Of a stretch of 64,000 nucleotides of DNA, positions 13,145 through 25,400 are shown piece after piece. The position numbers and the translations under genes were made by a program. The stretch spans positions 9,116,001 to 9,180,000 of the forward strand of contig NC_087263.1 of the NCBI RefSeq assembly GCF_037042905.1, written 5' to 3'. The number at the start of each line of letters is the position of its first letter. Position 1 is the first letter of the stretch. Source of the stretch: Lytechinus pictus. Lineage: Eukaryota. Below the pieces are notes generated by a model that was not told the origin of the DNA, did no database searches, and worked only from the letters and a program-made list of their open reading frames with translations.

Positions 13145-16000
13145 TTGCTAATCATTTTAAATCAGTATTTACAATTGAGAAGGATGACTGCATCCCGTTC
13201 ACGCTAAGTAAATTCCCCGCTATGCCTGACATCGAGATTAGACAAGAAGGTGTTCTGAAGCTTCTCAAAAACTTAGACACTAATAAAGCTGCTGGTCCTG
13301 ACGAGATCACTGCCAGGATTTTGAAATAATCAGCAGCAGAATTGGCTCCCATTCTGATATCATTGTTCCAACAATCCCTGGACACAGGGATTCTCCCAGA
13401 CGACTGGCTCTTGGCAAACATAACATCAATCTTCAAGAAGGGATCTAGAGAAAATCCTGAAAACTACCATCCTGTTTCCCTCCACATCAATTATGTGTAA
13501 GCTTTTGGAACATGTACTTCACTCTCAGATCAGCAAACACCTTGATAAGCATAAAATCTTGACCCCGTTGCAACATGGTTTTCGGAAGGGACATTCATGT
13601 GTCACTCAGTTAATTCAGGTTGTCAATGATTAGACGGAAGGAATTGACAACTCGCAACAAATCGATGCTGCAATTTTGGACTTCACCAAAGCCTTCGACT
13701 GCGTGCCTCACGAAAGGCTTAAATCAAAATTACACCATTATGGCATCAGAAATAAAGTTTTGAACTGGATTAATATGTTCTTGACCCACCAGCGACAACA
13801 ACGTGTTGTCATCAATGGCGGGGTAACCACAAAATGGCACCCATCAGTAATATCCGGGCCCGCTGTTATTTTTAATCTACATCAACGACATTGTAGAAGA
13901 GCTTCAGTGCAATGTACGACTGTTTGCGGACGACTGCATCTTATACACCACCGTCTCCAGTGTTCAGGATTGTTTCAGGCTCCAAAAGGATCTTGACGTT
14001 GTTTGTCAATGGGCTTCTAAGTGGCAGATGACCTTTAACCCTAATAATTACTGTAAAATCATGTCCCTGGGTCTGATGAGATCGAAACTCCTTCATGAGT
14101 ACACCATGATCGGAGAAACTCTGGATCGAGTTCATGAACATACCTACCTTGGAGTAACGATTTCTTCTGATCTTACTTGGAAATCACACTATCAGCGAAT
14201 AGTCAGCAAAGCAAATAAGATTCTTGGTATCCTTCAAAGAAATGTCCATCAGTGCAGCTCTGATACCAAAGGTAAAGCTTACAAAATTCTTGTTCGTCCA
14301 CACCTGGAGTGTGCGTCTGCTGTTACTGATCCCTTCCAGGCTAAATACATTCATAATTATGTTCGATAAAGTTCAGAGAAGAGCCACTCGTTTTGTGATC
14401 AACGACTACAGTCGTAAGTCCAGTGTTTCCAAGATGCTAAAACAATTAGAGTGGGAAAGTCTTGTTGACAGACGACTCAATGCCAGATTGAGCCAGTTCT
14501 ACTTAATTCATAAGGGGGAATCTCCAGTAACGTCAACCAAACTTCACCTTAGAAACCCAGAAGGAAAAACTAGTGAGACCAGTAATTTTTTTTACTGGTT
14601 TCCAGTAGATTTTTACTGGTTTCCAGTATATTTTTACTTGGCCAGTTGATTTTTAACTGGACCAGTAAAAATCAACTGGAGACCAGTTCCAACAACTGCA
14701 TTCCAGTTGAAGCAATTAGTAATACCAATTAAATTGTTTTTCATCAAACTGCTGCTACTGGTCCAATAAATGGATTCCAGTAGATTTTTACTGGTTTCCA
14801 GTATATGTTTACTGGACCAGTTGATTTTTAACTGGACCAGTAAAAATCAACTGGAGACCAGTTCAAACATTTGCATTCCTGTTGAAGCAAAGTAGTAATA
14901 CCAGTTAAATTGTTTTTCATCAAACTGGTGTTACTGGTCCAATAAATAATGACTTTATTTCAAGTCAGATCATATGACGAATTATGGAAAAGGAATCTTG
15001 CAATTCAGAGAAAGTTATTACCGTTATCATTTATCATTGTTATCATCATTCTTCTTATAATTATCATAATTATTATGATTAATATGATCATTGTTGTTAT
15101 TATTCTTATTACTGTTATCATATATTGTAATAATTATTATTAATATTATCATAATTATCAAGTATTAACATTATCATTAAAATAATTATTTCCTTTTTTT
15201 AAATGATTATAAGATCAAAGCAAGATATATTCCTCTGCCGATAGAGTCAACTGGTCTAAAGTAATTCATTGTTTGAAATTGAACTGGTCAAGACCAGTAA
15301 TACCAGTAATTCTGATGATGCTGATCACGTGGTTTACCTCATTTGCATATTTCCTGTTTTTAAAAGAAAAATCATGATTTAGAATGGAATATCCTTGCAA
15401 TGGCACTCATTGTTGTTTAAAAACTTTTTAAATAAGTGTGTGAACTAATTCACAATGAAAATGTGTAATTTCATACATCATATTTAAAATAACAGCAGAA
15501 AAAATAATTTACTAACCATTTTTTTCATCACATTTCACTGACCATGGTATATAACAAACCAAATGCATGTAATAAATTGATCCAGTAAGACCAGTACGAG
15601 GACCAGTTCGACCAGTTCGAGGACCAGTCAGACCAGTAAAGACCAGCTGAAATTGGATACCTGTATGAAGACCAGTGAGACCAGTAACAACCACCAGAAA
15701 CAAGACCAGTAATTCAAGACCATAATTTTTAACTGGACCAGTATGACCAGTTAGATCAGTAAACCGATGTTCCAATTTCCAGAGTTACCAGTTAAAATTA
15801 TGCTGGTCTAAACTGGTTTTTCCTTCTGGGAACTCCAGCCGTCCAAGTCGACGCTTCACACCAGATGCCTACAATCGAATCCAGAACTGATAGGCACCTG
15901 TACTCATTCCTGCCCAGAACCATACGGGACTGGAACGACCTTCCCTTATTCACTACGTCAATGCAATCCCTTGACAAATTTAAGGCTGCTCTAAACTAAT
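13145..16000 (+). pseudogene. Non-LTR retrotransposon (LINE) reverse-transcriptase pseudogene, interrupted at 14556-15830
   Basis: Motifs KAAGPDEI, QHGFRKGHSC, LDFTKAFD, LFADDCILY, YLGVTI, KVQRRATRFV and, after the insertion, YSFLPRTIRDWNDLP; multiple stops and frameshifts. Confidence 0.93.
14556..15830. mobile_element. EnSpm/CACTA-like non-autonomous element inside the LINE
   Basis: TIRs CCCAGAAGGAAAAAC / GTTTTTCCTTCTGGG; 2-bp TSD AA; arrays of ACCAGT/ACTGGT subterminal repeats. Removing it restores the LINE frame (LRNSSRPSRR). Confidence 0.85.
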
Positions 16001-17121
16001 CAATGTCGCATCTGCACCCGACCACATCGTCATCGAACTTTCGTTCTGTTGCTGTGTACCCGTGATGATGAAGGAAAAACTCATCGTGGCATCATTTAAA
16101 AGAAAGGAGAATATGAGTGAAAAAAAAAAAAAAAGCAAACTACATACTGCTTTATCAAACAGAATTCCTTGTTAAAAGAGTCACAAGAACAGATAAGATA
16201 ACAATAAGAATAATTTCCCTTATAATATTCTTTCTGAACAGAATATGAATCTTGTATATACAATTAAAGGTCATTTTTAGACCAACATTACCAAGACATA
16301 GTCCAATTTAGATTAATTCATGCAAATCTTCTCTGTAACGGAAAGTTTGGCCATCTATGAAGGCCTACTTCTCTGTTAATTCTAAATCCTTTTTGATATT
16401 GCGATAAAGATGGCCGAGTATTGATATATCTGTGATAATACTGAAGCAGATCTGCTGTTATAACGAATTCATGATTCCCGTACAAGGGGAAATAACATGA
16501 AACTATAAGGAGGTTACACGGGCCTATAATTACAACTGGCAGGCAAGAGATATTCATTCGAGCCAACCCATTCTCAATTTTTTTAATTTGATATTGCTGA
16601 TTGACAAAAATGAATGAATGTGACTGACAATCAAACACTGATTATAGGGAGTGTACCTACTGAACTTCCTTTTTTCCAAATTGGAAAGATATATCACCAC
16701 TTTGGAACTTTTTTTTTTACTCGCGGAAGAATTAGGGCCATTTTACTCTCTCAAGTGATGAATTTGATCCTGTCAGGTGTAGTCTTCATAAATGCCGATT
16801 TATTTTTTAAATGAGCCGATCAAGGTACCCTTTTCTAGTCAGATATGGAATGTCAGGCATATCATATCCACTGGTAGTAAACATTCAACCCTCGAATTTC
16901 ACCCTTATTTTTTATGATTTTTATTAAAGTGCCATATTAACACGCGAGTCTATGGGAAATTATTTAGGCCTGTGATACCAGGTAGCAGATGGTCCGTATG
17001 ACTGGCGGGCTTACCACAAGGGGGGCACCCTTGGCGCAGATCCGCCAGATCGAGATGCAGATCCGCCATTCGCCAAGATTAATTTTCATTGACGAGTTGC
17101 CAACTACAGTCTGAAACAATC

Positions 17122-17265
17122 AGGGGAGTGTTTTTATCAACATCTTTGTCCGACAAGTTGACAGATCTGACAACTTTTCTTGATTTTGATTGGCTGAGGA
17201 GGACAGTTCCCATGGTAACTGTCCGATAAAACGTCTGACAGGTCCTTTCATGAAACGCTCCCCAG
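17122..17265. mobile_element. Short MITE (GGGGAG(C/T)GTTT termini); relatives at ~40811-40935 and 44591-44729
   Basis: Inverted termini and a shared GATTGG/CCAATC core. Confidence 0.65.
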
Positions 17266-17864
17266 GACTTGAGAAAAATTGGCACAACCATCTTCTGAAG
17301 TATACTGACCTGACCAGAAATAAGAAAATCAACGAGGGACCCCCGGGGGGGGGGGCTACTCGATTTATAACATGATACCTGTGTGCCACACCCGAAGTCG
17401 AGACTGTCAAGGTTGTTGATGGCCATCGGCAGCGCCCCCCCCCCCTCTCTCCCTCTCCCTCTCACCTCTCCCCCCCCCCCTCTCTCTCCCCCCTCTCTCT
17501 CCCCCTCCCCTCTCTCTCTCTTTCTTTCTCTTGATGCGAATTCACTCTTTTCACTCCCTAAATCTGTTTCTGAAAATGGCTTTCTTAATTATTGATTTAA
17601 TCGCCTCATTGAGAAGGTCAAATCCACTCCAAAAGCTGAATACATGAGTTTCTGTTATTTTCTCAAAAGAGCTTAAGATTTCGTTTTTATTCCCCCTCCA
17701 TAAGCTAGGAGGGGATTCACACGCTCGCATTTTTATTTGCGTCAACGCGTCACTATGTTCAAGTTTCATGGACGAGGCCCATATACTTTCTAAATTATGA
17801 TGACATTTCAAAAACTTAACCTTAAGATTTGAAGTTGACGCCGCCGTCGGAAAAGTGGCGCATA

Positions 17865-18162
17865 TAATAATGATAATAATAATAATAATAATAGCTGGAT
17901 TTATAAAGCGCTTTTTGCCAGAGGATACAAAGCGCTGCTATTATTACCCCGGCTTTAGCTCGAGCTACCATCATCGGTGCTCAGTGCATGCAAGGAATCA
18001 TTCCTGCCGGGTACCCAATTCAACTCACCTGGGTCGAGTGCAGCACAGTGTGGATAGATTTCTTGCTGAAGGAAAGATTCGAACCCACGATTTGCTACGA
18101 TTCGAACCCACGACCCTCTGTTTCAAAGGCGAGAGTCAGAACCACTAGACCACGACGCACCC
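17865..18162 (-). mobile_element. tRNA-derived SINE; family copies at ~42570-42856 (-), ~46690-46946 (-) and ~63212-63440 (+, degenerate)
   Basis: A box TGGTCTAGTGG and B box GGTTCGAATC; shared core TGCACTCGACCCAGGTGA...GGGTACCCGGCAGG; (ATT)n tail. Confidence 0.85.
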
Positions 18163-18573
18163 ACACAGTCTCACTCTGCTTTGAAGGTGATACAAAACAT
18201 GTGGCAGCAAAATTTCCGGACGTTCTTTTTGTCCGTTATTAATTTGTATCGATACGGAATTATGTTAATTTGTGGAAGATTTCCATAAATAGAGTTTGTA
18301 TTTTTGCAAATTACAGTTAATGGAATTTTGTATATTTTACAGCAACTTTTCCATAAATTTCAACTCTTCTTAAATTTGGCTTGTACCATCCCATCGGGTT
18401 ATCGCGTCTGGTCGCGGGTAATCGCGTAACCCGACCATTCGAGAAAAGTGTCCCATATATTCCTGAAAGGTCGGGTGCAATTTACCAAATGTTTTGTGAA
18501 AACTATAACCAAATATACAGGTCAGGTAAACTGGACTCGATGTTTCGGGGAATTTATGGGGCCCTTTCATAAC

Positions 18574-19760
18574 TGACTTCAGCAAGGCCTTTGACACCGT
18601 CCCTCACCAGAGACTTCTTCTAAAGCTGAACCAATCAGGCATCACAGGACCCCTCCAAATATGGATAAGAAACTTCCTTACTAAACGGTCTCAGAGGGTA
18701 GTACTAGAAGGCGAAGCATCAGCCTCTGTTCCTGTAAGATCGGGCGTCCCTCAAGGTACAGTTTTAGGGCCTTTGCTATTCTTACTGTACGTCAACGATC
18801 TTCCCAAAGATATACAGTCACATGTTCGACTGTTTGCAGATGACTGTATACTTTACCGTGAGATAAAATCACAGGATGATGGGAAAGTTCTACAACAGGA
18901 CATAAATACCCTGTGTAACTGGGAAGCTACATGGCAAATGAGATTTAACACCGATAAGTGTCATGTCATGCACGTCACTCATAAAAGGAAACCCCTTCTA
19001 ACCACCTATGATATGAATGGGAAACGACTAAACGTTGTCACAAGTCACAATTACTTGGGTGTCGAGATAAATAGCAAATTAACCTGGTCGGATCATGTTA
19101 ATACTACCATATTCAAAGCGAATAGGGTTTTAGGCCTCCTTCGAAGAAACTTGTATAGTTGCCCCCGTAATGTAAAAGAAACAGCCTATAAAGTGTTAGT
19201 ACGTCCAAAGTTGGAGTACCGTGCTTCTGTGTGGGACCCATACACGAAAGACCAGATCAGTAGACTAGAAGCAGTTCAACGAAGAGCAGCTAGATTCGTC
19301 TGTAAAGATCACAGGAGAACCAGTAGTGTTTCCCAGATGCTGAAGTCACTTGAATGGAAATCTCTCGAAGATAGAAGAGCCATCTCAAGACTTACACTTT
19401 TATATAAATCTGTAAATCACAGTGCTTCAATCAACGTAGGTCGATACTTAACAACTCCCTCTCAAAATTCTGTCAGGACACGGAAATCATCGTCAATCTC
19501 TTTCTCCCGACCAACAACAAAAAAAGATTGCTTCAAGTACTCCTTCCTTCCGAGGACTATGGCAGAATGGAATCTGCTACCAGTAGACATTACGTGAAGC
19601 TAAATCGGTCGATGGTTTCAAGACAATGCTAAACAAAATTCAAATGTCTACTTTCATCCGGGGGGCACACCATTAATTCAAATTCATCACTAGCCACACA
19701 CGCCTGCAGCAATTATATCCCAATTGAGGAGTTTGCCTGCAGTAACAGGAAGAAGAAGAA
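18574..19760 (+). pseudogene. 5'-truncated LINE (RT domain, C-terminus, 3' UTR and (GAA)n tail)
   Basis: DFSKAFDTVPH, GVPQGTVLGPLLFLLYVND, LFADDCILY, YLGV and YSFLPRT..WN in one open frame; frameshift near 19590; GAAGAAGAAG tail. Confidence 0.95.
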
Positions 19761-19929
19761 GTATTCGGGAAGGGGGAGGGGAGTATTCGGGGCCCGGCCC
19801 CCCTGGTAGGCGAAAAGGCTAGGGGGCGCCAAAAAGAGGAATAAAAGAGAGGGGGGAAAGTGGGAGAAAAAAGGAGGGAAAGAAAAAGGGAGAAAGAAAG
19901 AGAGATGAAATAAAAGAAAGAAGAGGGAA

Positions 19930-20660
19930 GAGGGCGCCGAATTGATGTTTTACTTGGGGGAGCCGAATTGATGTTCGACATACGGGGGCGCCTAATTGAT
20001 GTTCAACCGATGGGGGCGCCGAATTGATGTTCAACCTATGGGCGCCGAATTGATGTTCAACCTAGAAGAGGGGGGGGGGGACACTGAATTAATGTTATAC
20101 CTAGCATGCCTAGGGGCGCCGAATTGAAGTTCGACAAAGGGGTGCCGAATTGATGTTCTACCAAGGGGCGCCATATTGATGTCCGACCTAGGGGGGCGCC
20201 GAATTGAGGTACGACCTAGGGGGGCACCAAATTGATGTTCGACATAAGGGCGCTGAATTGTAGTTCGACATAGGGGTGCCGAATCGATGTTCTACCAAGG
20301 GGCACCAAATTGATGTTCGACATAAGGGCGCTGAATTGTAGTTCGACATAGGGGCGCCGAATTGATGTTCTACCTAGGGGCGCCAAATTGATGTCCGACC
20401 TAGGGGGGCGTCGAATTGATGTCCGACCTAGGGGGTTGCCGAAGATGTTCGACATAGGGGCGCCGAATTGATGTTCGACATAGGGGCGCCGAATTGATGT
20501 TCAACATAGGGGGCGCCGAATTTATGTTTGACATAGGGGCACCAATCTGATGTTTGTCCTGGGGCGCCAAATTCAAGTTCAACCTAGGGAGGGGGGCGCC
20601 AAATTCATATTCGACCTATGGGGCTCCAATTTTATGTTTGACCGGGAGGCGCCAAACTCA
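19930..20660. repeat. ~31-bp minisatellite (GGGGCGCCGAATTGATGTTCGACATA)
   Basis: About 20 head-to-tail diverged units with no spacers. Confidence 0.92.
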
Positions 20661-21289
20661 TGTTTGTTCGCATCAAATGCTTATAGTTTTTAAATATGGG
20701 ATAAAACAGTGTCAGTTCGACAGAATTCAGGGACGAGTAGAATAAGGTTCTGGCAATATAACGATGAGAAATTGAAATATTTCATATTGTTTTCAGATAA
20801 TAAAGTACAAATATAGCCAAAGTTTCCCTCAGTATTCATAGTACAGGTGTTTATATCTATTAGGTCTACTCATTTGTCATGTTTGTAACTAAGCAAAATG
20901 GTATTATGTCATTCTTGCCTACTTTCTTATTTTACATCCATATTTATGTAAATGGTTATTTAAATCACCTCATATAACGTTCAGTGGATTTACAATTATC
21001 TTCTTTCTTAATAACACTCCAATTAAAAAACGATGTTTAAAATGCCCATATAATGCTGTTAACTATTATGAACTTTGCAGTAATCGTTTCGTTTAACAGT
21101 TTTAAACAGCAAAGTTCAAATTTTAATATTTAATGTGCAATAAATCAATCGTGTTTTTTTTAACTGTTTAACAATACTGTAAAGCTCATTATAGTAAATA
21201 GAGTGTATTCAATTTTAAGCAGCCGGTTTACTGTGAAATACGTCTGTATCTATCAGTTTCCATACCTGCAATAATTATGATCGTGTCTC

Positions 21290-21518
21290 ACCCCCCTCCC
21301 TCCCCCTCCACTCTTCCCTTAATGTCTCCTTCTCTCCCCCACTCATGCTCTCCTCCTCTCTCTCTCTCCCACCCTCACTATTCCCCTCTCTTCATCACTC
21401 TCCCCCTCCTGTCTTTCTCTCTAACACACACACTCTCTCTCTCTCTCTCTTCATATTTGTATCTCATCCACTTCTCCCTCCCTCCCCTAACTCTCTCTTC
21501 ATCACTCCCCCCTCCTTA

Positions 21519-21550
<32 letters not shown>

Positions 21551-21720
21551 TCTTCCTGTTTGTATCTCATCCACTTCTCCCTCCCTAACTCTCACTCTCT
21601 CATCTATATCTCATCCACTTCTCTCTCTCTCTCTCCCCCCCCCCCTCTCTCAATCAACCCCCCACTGTCTCTCTCACACACACTCTTCCTCTTTCATCCC
21701 TCTTCTACCCCCACCCCCAT
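21290..21720. repeat. (CT)/(CA)-rich low-complexity tract
   Basis: Direct inspection. Confidence 0.9.
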
Positions 21721-21739
21721 GACCCTGTCATGCACACAG

Positions 21740-21794
21740 TCTACCAAAATAATCACCCAAAACACACTATTTTTCATGTTTTTGATATTTTATT
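21740..21794 (-). terminator. Candidate polyadenylation signal
   Basis: Minus-strand AATAAA at 21794-21789 followed by GTGTGTTTTGGGTGATTATTTTGG about 20 nt downstream. Confidence 0.5.
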
Positions 21795-24789
21795 ACAGCT
21801 TTTTGCTCTAATAATAAAGATTATCAACTAAAAACTCAGACCATCCAATACCAAGTTACAAAACGATTACGGGGCTGTTTTCTTCATGAACTCCTTCCCC
21901 TCAGATTTGGCAGAAAATGATAAGAGAATTCTACTCACAACATGAGCAATCACAGCTTTACATAAACTGAATCAAACACAAACATTTGCTCACAGACTGA
22001 ATGAAAAAAAAAACACATGGCTCGACAAAAAACTATTTCTTGCCCCAAAAAATATTAATACAAAAAACTCATAGCAAAACTATAAATAGCACTATAAATA
22101 TCTGAAAATAATTTCTATTAATCACCACAGCAAAATGAACTTAAACCAGAAATTTACATTGATTTCAAATGTATGCAATTGTATTGTTATTAGTAGCATA
22201 CAAGTCAGAATCACATATATATTAGAATTATCTAATGTTGAAGTGTTCATCTCTTCGTGATCTATCATGATTATTACTTTAAATGTGCAGATGACCGCAA
22301 TGTCGACATGAAAGTCTTGCAGTGATATGCCTCAATTTCAATATCTTTTCAAATATATTGTCATTAGTTACAAGGGTGTACTCACTTAAATGTACCACAT
22401 TTCTTTATATTAGAGACACAAACTAAAAAATAAGTCATACCCTGTCTTGGGGAAAGAACATAGTGCATTGACCCCTGCTATATCATGCACTATACCATGC
22501 ACTATATCATAAAGGAAGAAATGGTGCAACATTATAACGTTCAGTGAAACAACTACAAAACTCCTTTACTCCACTACAAATAGCTCATTTGTGTGAATGG
22601 ATCGAGTGTCGAAAAAAACCCTCGTCTGCAGCACATCAAATTCTTTCATAAATATTGGGAAAAGAAAGAATGTAGCACATGTAATTCAAAGGTGTTGGAA
22701 ATACTTATCAGGATATAATACTTAGTATATAGCCAAATTTGCATGCTATTCAAATAATGGGACAATTTTATTATTCATTTTTGGTGCATTTCAATTTTTG
22801 AAGGGACCTTAATAATTTTTATATTTTAAAGAAAATGTACAAGTATGTAGTCCATATAACTATACTAAGGAGCTCAATATTATTCATAGTTCATATAAAA
22901 GAGTAAGACCATTGCATTTTATAAGTTTTCAATATTTGTGCTCATTTTAGATGGGCCTGCATTGCAAAATACATATTTTACTTCAACATTACAAATGCCC
23001 ATGCACATGGAATTTGATGCAAAGTGTCTCTACTCACAAAGGAGAGGTATGACCAATTAATGTCCATATACAAGAAATTACAACCCATGAATAAGTAAAT
23101 ATATTCATACTCTAAATATGCTATCAAGTTACTATGACATGAAACGCATTTTGACACAGCAGAAGTAAAATAGACATAAATAAATCTCAAATAATTGCAT
23201 CTTGAAATACTCTAATACATCTTTATATCATATTTGAATGTATATACATGTACATTTCTTGGAGAGAAAAGAAAAATTGTTTTATTAATATTCTTCCTAT
23301 TTACTTTTTTACTATTCTCAATGAATACCAACAAGGGCAATATGTAATGAAAAAAAAAAACCTTCCCAATTTTGTATCATTCATATCCTTATTCACTTGA
23401 TCACTTAATTTGATTAAATAGAGAAAGAGAAAAAAGACAAGGGTACATATGTATACTTACATGCAAACGACATATTACTTTTTTTGTGTAAACCCACTCC
23501 TTCAATTTTGTAACCATTACATGTGTACAATTAAAAATAAAGAATAATGTCTCAATCACCTCTGTCTGCAAAGGTAGAATTTCTCAAAATGAAAGAATGC
23601 TTGATTAGAAAGACATTTTGAAAAGATAATTTCTAATCAATCGATTGAAACTGATATTGAATTTCTTTCCTTCACTCACAGACATATTTACTTTATGTAA
23701 ACTCTTGTAAAGAAAGACTAATTTTCATTTTCCGTTGAAACTTCTTGCCATTTACAGATTTTTATGACATGTCATATATTTTACAGTGCTTAAGTTAAGA
23801 AGTTTCAAATATGATATTTATCTATCTTCTACTCAGTTGAAAGAATCTCATAAAAGTTTGTTATGAACTTTTTAGACATATTTGAACATTATTCTGAAGT
23901 CTTAATCCATGGACTTATATCACATATATTTTTATCTTTTTTGATAATGGCTCTTTTTTCTTGGGCTTTAGAGAAAGAAAACTATTAAAATTTAGATAAT
24001 TTCCTGGGTTTTTTTTTTATATTTGCGCCATATGTTGCAATAAAGTGAACATTAACTGTTAAAAGATATATAAAAAAGGGCCTTAGGGCCAAATATAAAA
24101 TTAGACCAAAGTTTAATCATGGATCATTAGATTTGAACAAAAAAATATTTGGCGGGGGGTTGAGGAGACAAGTGATGACCCATATCAATCAAATCTCACA
24201 AATGCGAATGATCTAAACACTTATGTGAATTATACAAACTCAATTTTTGTTGGCTTGTTCAATTCTATGAGAAAAAACACCATCCATCCCATGAAAGAAA
24301 TGGAAAACCTACAATACAATTCATATAGAGTTATACCTTCAAATTCCCCATTCAAGCCAGTATAATCCACACGTACACCTGAAATGGCTCACAGCTATTA
24401 CTTCAATCCTCTTCCCACCAGAAGACCTTACATCTTAAAATTCATGCAATTAAATGTCACTTAATATAAGTAGGGATAACATGTATCATTCACACATCGT
24501 AGGCTAAACAAACGCTCATACATTTTTCTCATTATCATTTTTTTGTTGTAATTTTTCTTTCAAATAAATCTGCCCTGCAGATGATATACATAATGACAGC
24601 ATGACAAGCATAAACAACAAAAATCTCTCCCTGATACTATAAAATTATGGAAAATTATAAATATTAATAACAAATGGCATGCTCTTTACAATGTACATAT
24701 TTTCCCATGCAGCGAACATCTTTAGTAACTTATCATATACTCAATCATGCCTGTTAATAAACTTAGAATAAGAAATATCTATAATTTAA

Positions 24790-25400
24790 TATAATTTACA
24801 AGGATAATGAAATACATCCTATTATAGATTAACACACTCGTTAGAATGTCCACAACTCGAGCCATCTCTGAGTATGAAAAAAAAACGTCAATTGGAGTTC
24901 CCCAAGGGTCCATATAAGGTCCACTTTTCTTCCAATCATGTATCATTCATGCCTGATACTATACTTACATATGAAATTTCTATAATTTACAAGGATAGTG
25001 ATACATCCAATATATATATATGTGAACACACCCTTTAGAATGTCCAAAACTTGAGCCATCTCTGAAAAAGAATTGGGAGTTCCCCAAGGGTCCACATAAG
25101 GCCCATTCTTCTTCCTCAGTCTACCTATTAATATTTCATTGAAATTTGACATATAACAATGTATGGCAATTAATTTTCAGGTATCCAAGGTCAAAATTAG
25201 ACCTACTCCTCCCAATAAAAATTTATCATGTTAATAGCCATCTTGCAATGTACATGTATACCTATATGATGATTGGAGTTCCACAAGGAACAACATGAGA
25301 CACAGTTATATTCATCCTCCAGATAAACTATTTGCAAGAAGCCTGGTGGCCAAGTTATGGTATGCCAACAATAATAATGGCTATGAAGTATAAGAATATA
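24790..25400 (+). pseudogene. Highly decayed, locally duplicated LINE RT fragments
   Basis: Three GGAGTTCC(C/A)CAAGG (GVPQG) motifs at ~24893, ~25076 and ~25275. The first two lie within a ~190-bp direct duplication. Confidence 0.6.

Noticed and set aside
18075..18162. tRNA genes (also ~42790-42856, ~46880-46946 and ~47510-47580)
   Set aside because: A and B boxes are present but there is no closing acceptor stem. Each continues into a SINE body and simple-repeat tail.
18773..19597. Active retrotransposon or domesticated RT gene
   Set aside because: 5'-truncated within the RT domain, no endonuclease or true start codon, and a frameshift near the end.
19930..20660. CRISPR-like ~31-bp repeats
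   Set aside because: Head-to-tail units without unique spacers, no cas genes, and a eukaryotic context.
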